The notes below the pieces were generated by a model that searched no databases, was not told the origin of the DNA, and worked only from the letters and a program-made list of their open reading frames with translations. DNA of 64,000 nt from the NCBI GenBank assembly GCA_947624175.1, contig CANQJD010000001.1, positions 1,897 to 65,896 on the forward strand, written 5' to 3'. Below are positions 43,260 through 50,722 of the stretch, piece by piece (positions within the stretch are counted from its first letter, which is position 1; every line of letters starts with the position of its first letter). The translations under genes and the position numbers were made by a program. The DNA comes from an uncultured Bacilli bacterium (GTDB lineage Bacteria; Bacillota_I; Bacilli_A; RF39; UBA660).

Positions 43260-43967
43260 GTGATATATATGTATAATTTTAGTTTTAATATAACAGATTA
43301 TTTAGAGGAAATACCAGCAGGGTTTTGGATATTAGGAATATTTTTCTTAATTGTTGTAGTTTTAGGACTTATTGCCATTTATATAATATCTAGTTTAGGA
43401 ATTATGAATGTAGCTTCTAAAAATAAGATTCCTAATGCTTGGCTTGCATTTGTACCATATGCTAGATACTATATCATTGGTAAATTAGGTTTTGAGATTT
43501 ATCCTGAAGAAGGAAAGAAAAATCCAACTTTAACATGGGTTTTGTTTGGACTTAGTTGTGGAGTTTTAGTTTTAAGTAGTCAAGATTATAGTTATTTATT
43601 AAGAGCTGCTGTTACCGTCTTTAATGCAATTGCTTTCTATAATATATTTAAAGTTCTTGCTCCAAAAAGTGCAACAGGATTTACAATAGGAACAGTTATA
43701 GTTGAAAACTTAGGTGGTATATTCTTATATGCTGTAAGAAATAATGTTCCAGAATCTAAAGTAGATGAAGCTGTTGTTCTTGAAGCCCAAGAAGAGAAAC
43801 CAAAAGTAGAACCTGTTTTAAATGAAGAAGAAAAACCAAAGCTAAAACCTAAAAAGGTTGATACAACAGAAGAGTCTAAAGAACGACCTAACTTTTGTCC
43901 AAATTGTGGCGGAAAAATATCTAAAACTGCTAAATTCTGTGGCAATTGTGGAAAAGAAATTAAATAA
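43260..43967 (+). CDS. membrane protein with C-terminal zinc-ribbon
   Basis: Several TM segments, a Lys/Glu/Pro linker and CPNCGGKISKTAKFCGNCG. The start is uncertain (GTG 43260 or ATG 43269). Confidence 0.6.
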   Translation: MIYMYNFSFNITDYLEEIPAGFWILGIFFLIVVVLGLIAIYIISSLGIMNVASKNKIPNAWLAFVPYARYYIIGKLGFEIYPEEGKKNPTLTWVLFGLSCGVLVLSSQDYSYLLRAAVTVFNAIAFYNIFKVLAPKSATGFTIGTVIVENLGGIFLYAVRNNVPESKVDEAVVLEAQEEKPKVEPVLNEEEKPKLKPKKVDTTEESKERPNFCPNCGGKISKTAKFCGNCGKEIK

Positions 43968-43971
43968 AAAT

Positions 43972-44003
43972 AATTATCCACCAAAAATGTGGATAATTTT
44001 TTT
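43972..44003. terminator. bidirectional hairpin terminator built from two inverted DnaA-box-like sequences
   Basis: aattatccac-caaaaat-gtggataatt followed by T7, lying between convergent genes. Confidence 0.65.
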
Positions 44004-44919
44004 AACATTTTTTTCCTTGATAAGTATCACGTCTTTTTAATTCTTTATCAATATCATTCAAGACAACAAACTTTTTAATTAACCAAGTAGGTTCAATTAA
44101 ATCATCAGGATTAGGGTCACCTGTAATTCGGTGAATAACAATATCAGGCCTTAATAATTCTAACTGGGATACAACAATATCAATATATTCATCTTTGGTT
44201 AAAACATGAAAAGGCTTTTTTTCATACATTTCAGCAAGCCGAGTATTCTTTAGAATATGTAACATATGAATTTTAATGCCATTTATATCAAGTTTATTTA
44301 AATATTTAACGGTTTCAAGCATCATTTCTTTTGTCTCATAAGGAAGACCATTGATAATATGAACAACAACATTAATATTCCTTTTTCGAAGTTCTTTAAC
44401 CATATTGGTAAATTCTTCTAGACTATGACAACGATTAATTAATTTAGAAGTTTTATCATGAATAGTTTGTAAACCAAGTTCAACTGTTAAGAAAGTTCGA
44501 TTATTTAAATCACTTAAATATTCTAAACATTCAGGACTTATTGCATCAGGTCTCGTTGCTATACTTAAACCGACAACATTTTCTTGTTTTAAAATAGGTT
44601 CAAATAATTCTTTTAACCTATCAATACTAGCATAAGTATTAGTTCCTGCTTGAAAATAACCTATAAATTTAGCATCTTTCCATTTATGTAACATTATTTT
44701 TTTAATGTTATTAAACTGTGTAACTATATCGTCATGATAATCACCAGCATAGTCTCCACTTTTAAGGTTAGAGCAATAAATACACCCCCCTACCCCTTTA
44801 GTTCCATCACGATTTGGACAAGTAAAATTACCATTTAAACTAACTTTAGCAATTTTAGAATGAAACTTTTCTTTATAAAAATAGTCTAATGTATAATATC
44901 TTTTATTATTAGGATACAT
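44002..44919 (-). CDS. radical SAM protein, TIGR01212-like (YtqA family)
   Basis: The CPNRDGTKGVGGCIYC cluster and the overall pattern of this family. Confidence 0.8.
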   Translation of the reverse strand: MYPNNKRYYTLDYFYKEKFHSKIAKVSLNGNFTCPNRDGTKGVGGCIYCSNLKSGDYAGDYHDDIVTQFNNIKKIMLHKWKDAKFIGYFQAGTNTYASIDRLKELFEPILKQENVVGLSIATRPDAISPECLEYLSDLNNRTFLTVELGLQTIHDKTSKLINRCHSLEEFTNMVKELRKRNINVVVHIINGLPYETKEMMLETVKYLNKLDINGIKIHMLHILKNTRLAEMYEKKPFHVLTKDEYIDIVVSQLELLRPDIVIHRITGDPNPDDLIEPTWLIKKFVVLNDIDKELKRRDTYQGKKC

Positions 44920-45114
44920 CTAAATCACCGGCTTTAGTGTAACATTTTAATTTTAACTTTGCAAGAAAATTTGAAAAATAATTAAAATAAAAAATCAGTA
45001 TTCTGGGAATGTTCAAGAAAGGTATTGTTTTCTTCGACAAATAATGATAAGATATAATTATTAAAGCAGTATAATAAAAGTCCAGAATAAATTGGATAGA
45101 AAGGAGCAACCCCT

Positions 45115-45180
45115 ATGAAAAATTTCACTAATGTATCATATATATATGTTAACAATTTGTCAACCATGGGGGGGGTATAG
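45115..45180 (+). CDS. candidate 21-aa leader peptide ending in the G8 tract
   Basis: AAAGGAG RBS 8 nt upstream of the ATG. Translation is MKNFTNVSYIYVNNLSTMGGV. Speculative small ORF. Confidence 0.3.
   Translation: MKNFTNVSYIYVNNLSTMGGV
45168..45175. repeat. homopolymeric G8 tract
   Basis: The sequence ccatggggggggtat. This is the longest G/C homopolymer I saw in this very AT-rich window. Confidence 0.9.
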
Positions 45181-45219
45181 CACCTAAGCAACATTTAATA
45201 AATTATATATTGCGAGAAT

Positions 45220-45267
45220 AACACTTAAAAAGTAGTGATGTTAATCACTAGGTTTTTAAGTGTTTTT
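45220..45267 (+). terminator. strong hairpin plus T-run immediately upstream of the DGR target gene RBS
   Basis: Outer stem aacacttaaaaa/tttttaagtgtt (12 bp) and inner stem tagtgat/atcacta (7 bp), followed by tttatattt. The target RBS (aaaggag) follows. Confidence 0.6.
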
Positions 45268-45290
45268 ATATTTGAAAGGAGTAAAAAAGT

Positions 45291-47009
45291 ATGGAAGAAA
45301 AAACTAAAAATAATAAGAAAGGTGTAATAATAGCAGGAATAAGTGCAATAGTCTTAATCGCAACCGTTGGAGTATCATTTGCTATTTGGAATTATTTGAG
45401 AGTTGGAGAAAACCAATTGTTAGTTGCTGGAGATATTTATATGAAATTCACGGAATCTAATCAAATAACAATTGAAAATGCCTTACCAAGTGAAGGGCCA
45501 GGCGAAAAATATTTTGAATTTAAAATAGAAGGAAAGAATACCTATAGTAAACCAATTTGGTATGAAATAGACTTACTACATGGAGATGATGACGAGACAA
45601 GAAAAACAAGAATAAAAGATAACTTATTAGCTTTTAAATTAGTAGAAGTTAAAGATGAAAATCAAGAAGAAGTACTAATAGAAAACGGAAGTTATACAGG
45701 ATTAGCAGCCGGAAAAGGAATATATGTAAATACTATACCAGCAGGAACAAAGGACAAAATAATAAGAACTTATAGATTATATATGTGGATATCAAGCAAA
45801 ACAGTAATAGGAAATACCGACGATGCAATCTATGACATGGATACTTGGAATGATGTCTTTGCAAGTATTAAAGTAAATGTAACGGGAGACTTTAATGAAA
45901 AAGAATTACCAACCCCATCAGCAACAGATGTAGTGAAAGATACATTAGGACTACCTGGCGGAGTAATTGGGGTAACAAATGAGAATACATCAACTAAAAC
46001 TGAAAGTGAAAATATAAGAGAATATAGATATTCAGGAACAAATGTAAATAATTATATCTACTTTAATTGTGAAGCTGATGCGACAAAAGAAGATGCAAGT
46101 AGTAAATGTGAATTATGGAGAATAATTGGAGTATTTACAGACAGCAAAGGTGAACATTTAAAAATAGTAAGAGATAATGTGCTATCTGCAGATATGTTTC
46201 CTGAAACTTATACAGTAGATGGTAGAGAATATTATCTAAATAAGGCTATGATAGCTACAGCATTTCCAAACAAAAAATATAGTGTAAAAAAATTAATAGT
46301 TCCAAATAATACAAAAGCAACAATTGAAAAACTTGATTATGAGGAAGTAGGTATGGCAAATTGGAATTATCCAACTGATTACAATTATAATAACGACTGG
46401 GCAACAGCCGGATTACAATATTGGCTAAATACAACAGCTGATGATAATAGTAGAAACCAAGGTTATTTAAGTACATTAAAAGGAAATACTTTAAGTATGA
46501 TAGAAGATACAGAGTATTATTTAGGAACACAAATGTATAATGATGATACAATAAATTCCTTTAAAAATGAAAGAGATGTAAAAAGTTGTCCTGAAAATAC
46601 CGGAACAGTAGAATATTATGAAGATTCAGCAAATTCTGGATGTAATGTATATGCTGGAAATAAAGCAACGTGGACAGGAAAAATAGCATTAATGTATCCT
46701 TCAGATTATGGATTCACTGCCAATAGTACATATTGGACTGGTACTGGATTATCTGATTATTATGATAGAGCTGCCTATACAAGTTGGTTACAAACAACAG
46801 CAAACCATAGTACATACGAATGGCTTTTGTCCCCTTCCTCTGGCAACTCTTATGGTGTGGCTGGCTGGGTCAGCGACGGCGGTGTGGACGACAGCGGTGT
46901 CGGCAACCTCGGGGCGGTGCGGCCAAGTCTTAATCTGAAATCCAATACAAATATTACAGGGGGTGATGGAAGTAAATTGAAACCATACTTTGTAAATTCG
47001 GGACAATAG
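45291..47009 (+). CDS. DGR target protein: N-terminally membrane-anchored surface protein with C-terminal variable region
   Basis: N-terminal TM segment (GVIIAGISAIVLIATVGVSFAIW). The C-terminus WLLSPSSGNSYGVAGWVSDGGVDDSGVGNLGAVRPSL is encoded by the VR. A paralogue lies at 53694..55259. Confidence 0.85.
   Translation: MEEKTKNNKKGVIIAGISAIVLIATVGVSFAIWNYLRVGENQLLVAGDIYMKFTESNQITIENALPSEGPGEKYFEFKIEGKNTYSKPIWYEIDLLHGDDDETRKTRIKDNLLAFKLVEVKDENQEEVLIENGSYTGLAAGKGIYVNTIPAGTKDKIIRTYRLYMWISSKTVIGNTDDAIYDMDTWNDVFASIKVNVTGDFNEKELPTPSATDVVKDTLGLPGGVIGVTNENTSTKTESENIREYRYSGTNVNNYIYFNCEADATKEDASSKCELWRIIGVFTDSKGEHLKIVRDNVLSADMFPETYTVDGREYYLNKAMIATAFPNKKYSVKKLIVPNNTKATIEKLDYEEVGMANWNYPTDYNYNNDWATAGLQYWLNTTADDNSRNQGYLSTLKGNTLSMIEDTEYYLGTQMYNDDTINSFKNERDVKSCPENTGTVEYYEDSANSGCNVYAGNKATWTGKIALMYPSDYGFTANSTYWTGTGLSDYYDRAAYTSWLQTTANHSTYEWLLSPSSGNSYGVAGWVSDGGVDDSGVGNLGAVRPSLNLKSNTNITGGDGSKLKPYFVNSGQ
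46822..46927 (+). repeat. DGR variable repeat (VR)
   Basis: Gap-free 106-nt alignment to 49009-49114 with 22 mismatches, all at TR adenines. The 3' end, GGGCGGTGCGGCCAAG, is IMH-like. Confidence 0.92.
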
Positions 47010-47040
47010 GTTTCCGCGCGGAATAAGAACCGCGGGAAAC
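47010..47040 (+). other. GC-rich hairpin directly after the target gene stop codon
   Basis: gtttcc(g)cgcgg / ccgcgggaaac forms an 11-bp stem with one bulge and an 8-nt loop. An alternative pairing is tccgcgc (47013-47019) with gcgcgga (47043-47049). Confidence 0.6.
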
Positions 47041-47109
47041 GGGCGCGGATTTACATAAAATATCAATTAAAGCAGTAACTGTCGAAGACAGAGATTTATA
47101 TTTATTAGG

Positions 47110-47131
47110 TTGGCACGCGAATGCGTGCCAA
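47110..47131 (+). other. perfect 9-bp GC-rich hairpin (ttggcacgc-gaat-gcgtgccaa)
   Basis: Seen directly in the sequence. No T-run follows it. Confidence 0.6.
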
Positions 47132-47181
47132 ACCACCACCTTTGAAAAACATAAGACATAAAGTCAAAAAATAGATAAAAC

Positions 47182-47568
47182 ATGGAAGAAAGGAATATTG
47201 TTAATAATATGAATATTATTAAGATAAGAAAAAGTGGGACTTTCTATAGTGTCTTTGATGATGACTGCTATATATTGTATTTTTTGTTAGGTTATCAAAT
47301 AAATAATAGTAAAGTAGGATTTCCAAAATCAGCTCTTAATAAAGTAATTAATATATTAGAAGAAAATAAAATTAATTATGAAATAATAGGAGAAGATAGG
47401 AAGCAAAACTTTAAAACATTAAATAGATATGAAAAATTTGTTAAAATTGGAAAAGAAAAATATAGTAAAGATAGTCATTATGAAGACTTAATAGATAAAT
47501 TAAAATGTACTACACCAGAGAAATTAGATAAAATATTATTGACTATTGAAACTATTTTAAATGAATGA
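47182..47568 (+). CDS. small MutS-domain-I-like protein (DGR accessory, MSL-like)
   Basis: IKIRKSGTFYSVFDDDCYILYFLLGY...KVGFPKSALNKVINILEENKINYEII parallels the MutS N-terminal mismatch-binding domain (GDFYELFYDDA...AGIPYHAVENYLAKLV...VAICEQ). Its stop overlaps the Avd start by 8 nt. Confidence 0.55.
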   Translation: MEERNIVNNMNIIKIRKSGTFYSVFDDDCYILYFLLGYQINNSKVGFPKSALNKVINILEENKINYEIIGEDRKQNFKTLNRYEKFVKIGKEKYSKDSHYEDLIDKLKCTTPEKLDKILLTIETILNE

Positions 47569-47902
47569 AGAAAAATTTATTGTTGCTAAACATATAAAAG
47601 AATTTATAATGATGCTTGATGATTATTTAATTAATTATCCAAGAAAATATTATGAACTTCGAAATAGATTAGTAAATGATAGTTATGAATTATTAGAAAT
47701 TATTTATACGGCTAATTATATGGAAGTTGAAGAAAGAAAAAGTTTACAAGTTAAAGGTATTATGAAAATTAGTTTAATTGATTTTTATATAGAACAAAGT
47801 TTTAAGAAAAGGATAATAAGTGAAAAACAGTCTATTAGATTAAGTAAGAAGTTATTAAATATTAATAAATTATTAAGAAGTTGGTATGAATATAAATATT
47901 AA
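47561..47902 (+). CDS. avd: Avd-like accessory variability determinant (four-helix-bundle family)
   Basis: 113 aa, helical and basic, translationally coupled to the RT by a 17-nt overlap. Size and position are typical of Avd. The family call is from memory of the pattern only. Confidence 0.6.
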   Translation: MNEEKFIVAKHIKEFIMMLDDYLINYPRKYYELRNRLVNDSYELLEIIYTANYMEVEERKSLQVKGIMKISLIDFYIEQSFKKRIISEKQSIRLSKKLLNINKLLRSWYEYKY

Positions 47903-48986
47903 AGATATAATGGATATCTATGATTTAGAGATTAGAAAGAATTGTCGGAATAAGAGAAAAGTTTATGTATTTGAAAAGAATAAGATGCAAAATATCATAG
48001 ATATTTATAATGAACTTACTAATATGAGTTATTATCCTAGTAAATATAATATCTTTATAATTAGAGAACCAAAGTATAGAATAGTAATGTCTTTAAAAAT
48101 AAAAGACAAAGTTATTAATCATTATTTAGCAAGATATGTTTTAATACCTAAATTAGATAAATATTTAGATATGAGAATAGTTGCAACTAGAAAAGGTTAT
48201 GGAACTGATTATGGAATTAAATTAGTTAAAAAATATATAGAAATTAATAAGAAATATGGAAAGTTTTATATACTAAAAATAGATATTAAGAAATATTTTT
48301 ATAATATAGACCATGAAGTATTAAAGAGTTTACTTGAAAGTAAATTAGATAGTAATGAATATACATTAATTAGTAGAATAATCGATAGTACGAATAGTAG
48401 TTATATAAATTCTGACATTGATAAAGAAGTTAGGAATATGATTGAAAAAAGACCATATGATAAAGATAAGTTACTAGATTTACCAAGATATAATGAAGGA
48501 AAAGGACTAGGACTTGGTGCTATGACAAGTCAGTTTTTATCAATATATTATTTATCTAAATTAGACCATTATATAATCCATGATTTACATTTAAAATATA
48601 TGGTACATTATATGGATGATATAATAATAATTCATCATGATAAAGAATATTTATATGAAGCTTTAAGTAAAATAGAAAAAATAATCCATGATGTATATAA
48701 ATTAGATGTTAATAAAAAGAAAACCAAGATAGTAAGTAGTAAAGAAGGATTTTGTTTTTTAGGATATCGATTTATAGTTAGAAATAATAAAACAATTATG
48801 AAGATAAAGAGAGATACTATAACTAAAATAAAAAGAAGAGTTAAAGAAGTTAAATATTTATATAGTAATAATAAAATAAGTTTTGAGAGATGTTTTTCAA
48901 GTATTAATACTTATCTTTATAGTTTTAAATATACAAGTAATTTTAAAGTAGTAAAAATAGTAAATAAGTATTTTTTTAAAGGGTAG
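47886..48986 (+). CDS. DGR-type reverse transcriptase
   Basis: RT motifs include YMDDIIII (YxDD) and GLGLGAMTSQFLSIYYL, which carries the [ILV]GxxxSQ signature of DGR RTs. No maturase, endonuclease or retron msr/msd context. Confidence 0.9.
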   Translation: MNINIKDIMDIYDLEIRKNCRNKRKVYVFEKNKMQNIIDIYNELTNMSYYPSKYNIFIIREPKYRIVMSLKIKDKVINHYLARYVLIPKLDKYLDMRIVATRKGYGTDYGIKLVKKYIEINKKYGKFYILKIDIKKYFYNIDHEVLKSLLESKLDSNEYTLISRIIDSTNSSYINSDIDKEVRNMIEKRPYDKDKLLDLPRYNEGKGLGLGAMTSQFLSIYYLSKLDHYIIHDLHLKYMVHYMDDIIIIHHDKEYLYEALSKIEKIIHDVYKLDVNKKKTKIVSSKEGFCFLGYRFIVRNNKTIMKIKRDTITKIKRRVKEVKYLYSNNKISFERCFSSINTYLYSFKYTSNFKVVKIVNKYFFKG

Positions 48987-49008
48987 GATAAATATAAAAT
49001 GGTTGTCG

Positions 49009-49114
49009 GGCTTTTGTCCCCTTCCTCTAACAACTCTAATAATGTGGCTAACTGGAACAACGACGGCAATGTGAACAACAACAATGTCAACAACAACAGG
49101 GCGGTGCGGCCAAG
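49009..49114 (+). repeat. DGR template repeat (TR)
   Basis: Begins 22 nt after the RT stop. Read in the VR frame it is a run of AAC/AAT codons: LLSPSSNNSNNVANWNNDGNVNNNNVNNNRAVRP. Confidence 0.92.
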
Positions 49115-49580
49115 CCCTTTATAATTAGAATATTGGATTAAGGTTTAATATGTATATGTAAAGGACAATCCTATCCGTGATTTTATCAGAAGGGAAATAT
49201 AGATAACTTGGTATACGTACTTAAGTTTAGAACTATATATGAGTAAATATAATAGATATTTGTTTTGTAAAAGGTTATATAATTGTTATTTAATATTAAT
49301 AATAGATAAAGATAAAATAATAAGTTTTGATGAAGATTTAAAAATAATAGAATTATATGGAATAGAAACAATAAAGCAGGAAATTAATTATTTAATATTA
49401 GATGGTTTAAATATTAAATTATATAAAAATAATAATAACTATTTTTACTACTTTAAGATTAGTTTGATTAAAGATATTATAGATTACATTATGACTATTA
49501 ATTAGTCTTTTTTTTATAAAAATTAAAAAAAGGTCTTAACTAATCTCGTTTTTATGGTATACTTATAATAGGAGAAAAAT

Positions 49581-50699
49581 ATGAAAAAAAGAAAATTGAA
49601 TAAAAAGGTAATAATTATTTTAAGTATTATATTAGTAGTATTATTAATTGAGGTTATTAACCCAATTAAATTATATAATAAACATCAATTAAGAGAATTA
49701 GGTTATAATGAAACCAGCATTAATACAATTTTAAAGAATGATTTAAAGAAAGATGTTTTAGCAAGTGAATATCAAAAATCATTAGATACAATTTTTGCAA
49801 GTTCTGATTTTAAAAAGGAAAATTATGATATCTATAAGAAATTAAATTATTATAATTTAAAAGATTATACTAAAGATATCAATGCTTTAATTAAAAAAGG
49901 TTATAAAGAAGAAGATATTGAAAATATTTTAAGAAGTGCAACAGATAGTAGTATTAAAGAGTTTTTAGAGAAAGATTATATTGAAGATATTTCAAGTTAT
50001 CTTGGATATGATTATGCTATTTTAGCTAATTATGATAGATATGTTGCTTATCAAGAAGAGAATAATTTAGATAAAGAAGCAACCGTTACTTATGTTAATA
50101 TTGGATTAGATAGAGATTATTATACAGAACCTAATAAAGTTAAGGGATTTAGTTTTGATATGTTAGTTAACAAATATAATGAATTAGATTCTAATTTTGT
50201 ACCTGATGATTTAGTAAGTGTTCCTGAAGATTATGCAGTTGATGATAAACAAAAGGCTAATGGAACGATGTTAGAAGCCTTTAAAAAGATGTCCGATGAT
50301 TGTAAGGCTGCGGTTGGTAGTAAAATATTAGTTCGGTCTGCTTATCGAGATTATAATACCCAACAATCAACTTATGATTTATATCTTAAAACTTATGGTA
50401 AAAATTATGCAGAAAACTATGTTGCACATCCTGGCTTTTCGGAACATCAAACAGGACTTGCAGTTGATATCAAGGCTGAAAGTAGTGAAACTTTTGAAGG
50501 AACCAAAGAAAGTAAATGGTTAAAAGAAAATGCTTATAAATATGGATTTATTTTCCGCTATGCAAAAGATACTGTTAATATTACAGGAATTAAGTATGAA
50601 TCATGGCATTATCGTTATTTAGGAGTTGAACTAGCCACTAAAGTTCATGAAAGTGGTTTGACTTATGATGAATATTATATTAGAAATTTAAGTAAATAA
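49581..50699 (+). CDS. M15B/VanY-type D-alanyl-D-alanine carboxypeptidase, membrane-anchored
   Basis: SAYRDYNTQ, SEHQTGLAVDI and ESWHYRYLG are zinc-ligand motifs of VanY-like peptidases. An N-terminal TM segment is present. Confidence 0.85.
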   Translation: MKKRKLNKKVIIILSIILVVLLIEVINPIKLYNKHQLRELGYNETSINTILKNDLKKDVLASEYQKSLDTIFASSDFKKENYDIYKKLNYYNLKDYTKDINALIKKGYKEEDIENILRSATDSSIKEFLEKDYIEDISSYLGYDYAILANYDRYVAYQEENNLDKEATVTYVNIGLDRDYYTEPNKVKGFSFDMLVNKYNELDSNFVPDDLVSVPEDYAVDDKQKANGTMLEAFKKMSDDCKAAVGSKILVRSAYRDYNTQQSTYDLYLKTYGKNYAENYVAHPGFSEHQTGLAVDIKAESSETFEGTKESKWLKENAYKYGFIFRYAKDTVNITGIKYESWHYRYLGVELATKVHESGLTYDEYYIRNLSK

Positions 50700-50722
50700 A
50701 GAATAAAAAGGAGGTTCTTACA

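Larger units (their letters stand above)
45291..49114 (+). mobile_element. diversity-generating retroelement cassette (target/VR, MutS-like ORF, Avd, RT, TR)
   Basis: Rests on the TR/VR pair with adenine-only mismatches, a DGR-type RT and an Avd-like ORF. See the individual features. Confidence 0.9.

Noticed and set aside
44909-45194. Two minus-strand ORFs (66 and 70 aa) upstream of the DGR target.
   Set aside because: They overlap each other in an AT-rich intergenic region, have no RBS and have hydrophobic junk-like composition. The region is better explained as leader or regulatory DNA.
46708-47139. Three overlapping ORFs in the track: 46708..46938 (+), 46788..47066 (-) and 46954..47139 (-).
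   Set aside because: They lie within or antisense to the target gene's VR and the GC-rich hairpin region. The local GC richness removes AT-rich stop codons and opens spurious frames. None has an RBS or a recognisable domain.
47886-48986. The reverse transcriptase considered as a retron, group II intron or Abi/DRT-type defence RT.
   Set aside because: It has a TR/VR pair with adenine-only mismatches, an Avd-like partner and the GxxxSQ motif. There is no msr/msd-like inverted-repeat ncRNA upstream, no intron RNA domains or maturase/En domain, and no fused effector domain.
49186-49505. ORFs 49186..49371 (-) and 49239..49505 (+) downstream of TR.
   Set aside because: Neither has an SD sequence. 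Both have extreme Asn/Ile/Tyr/Leu composition and overlap each other. The region more likely belongs to the TR-flanking non-coding RNA. The plus-strand ORF cannot be fully excluded.
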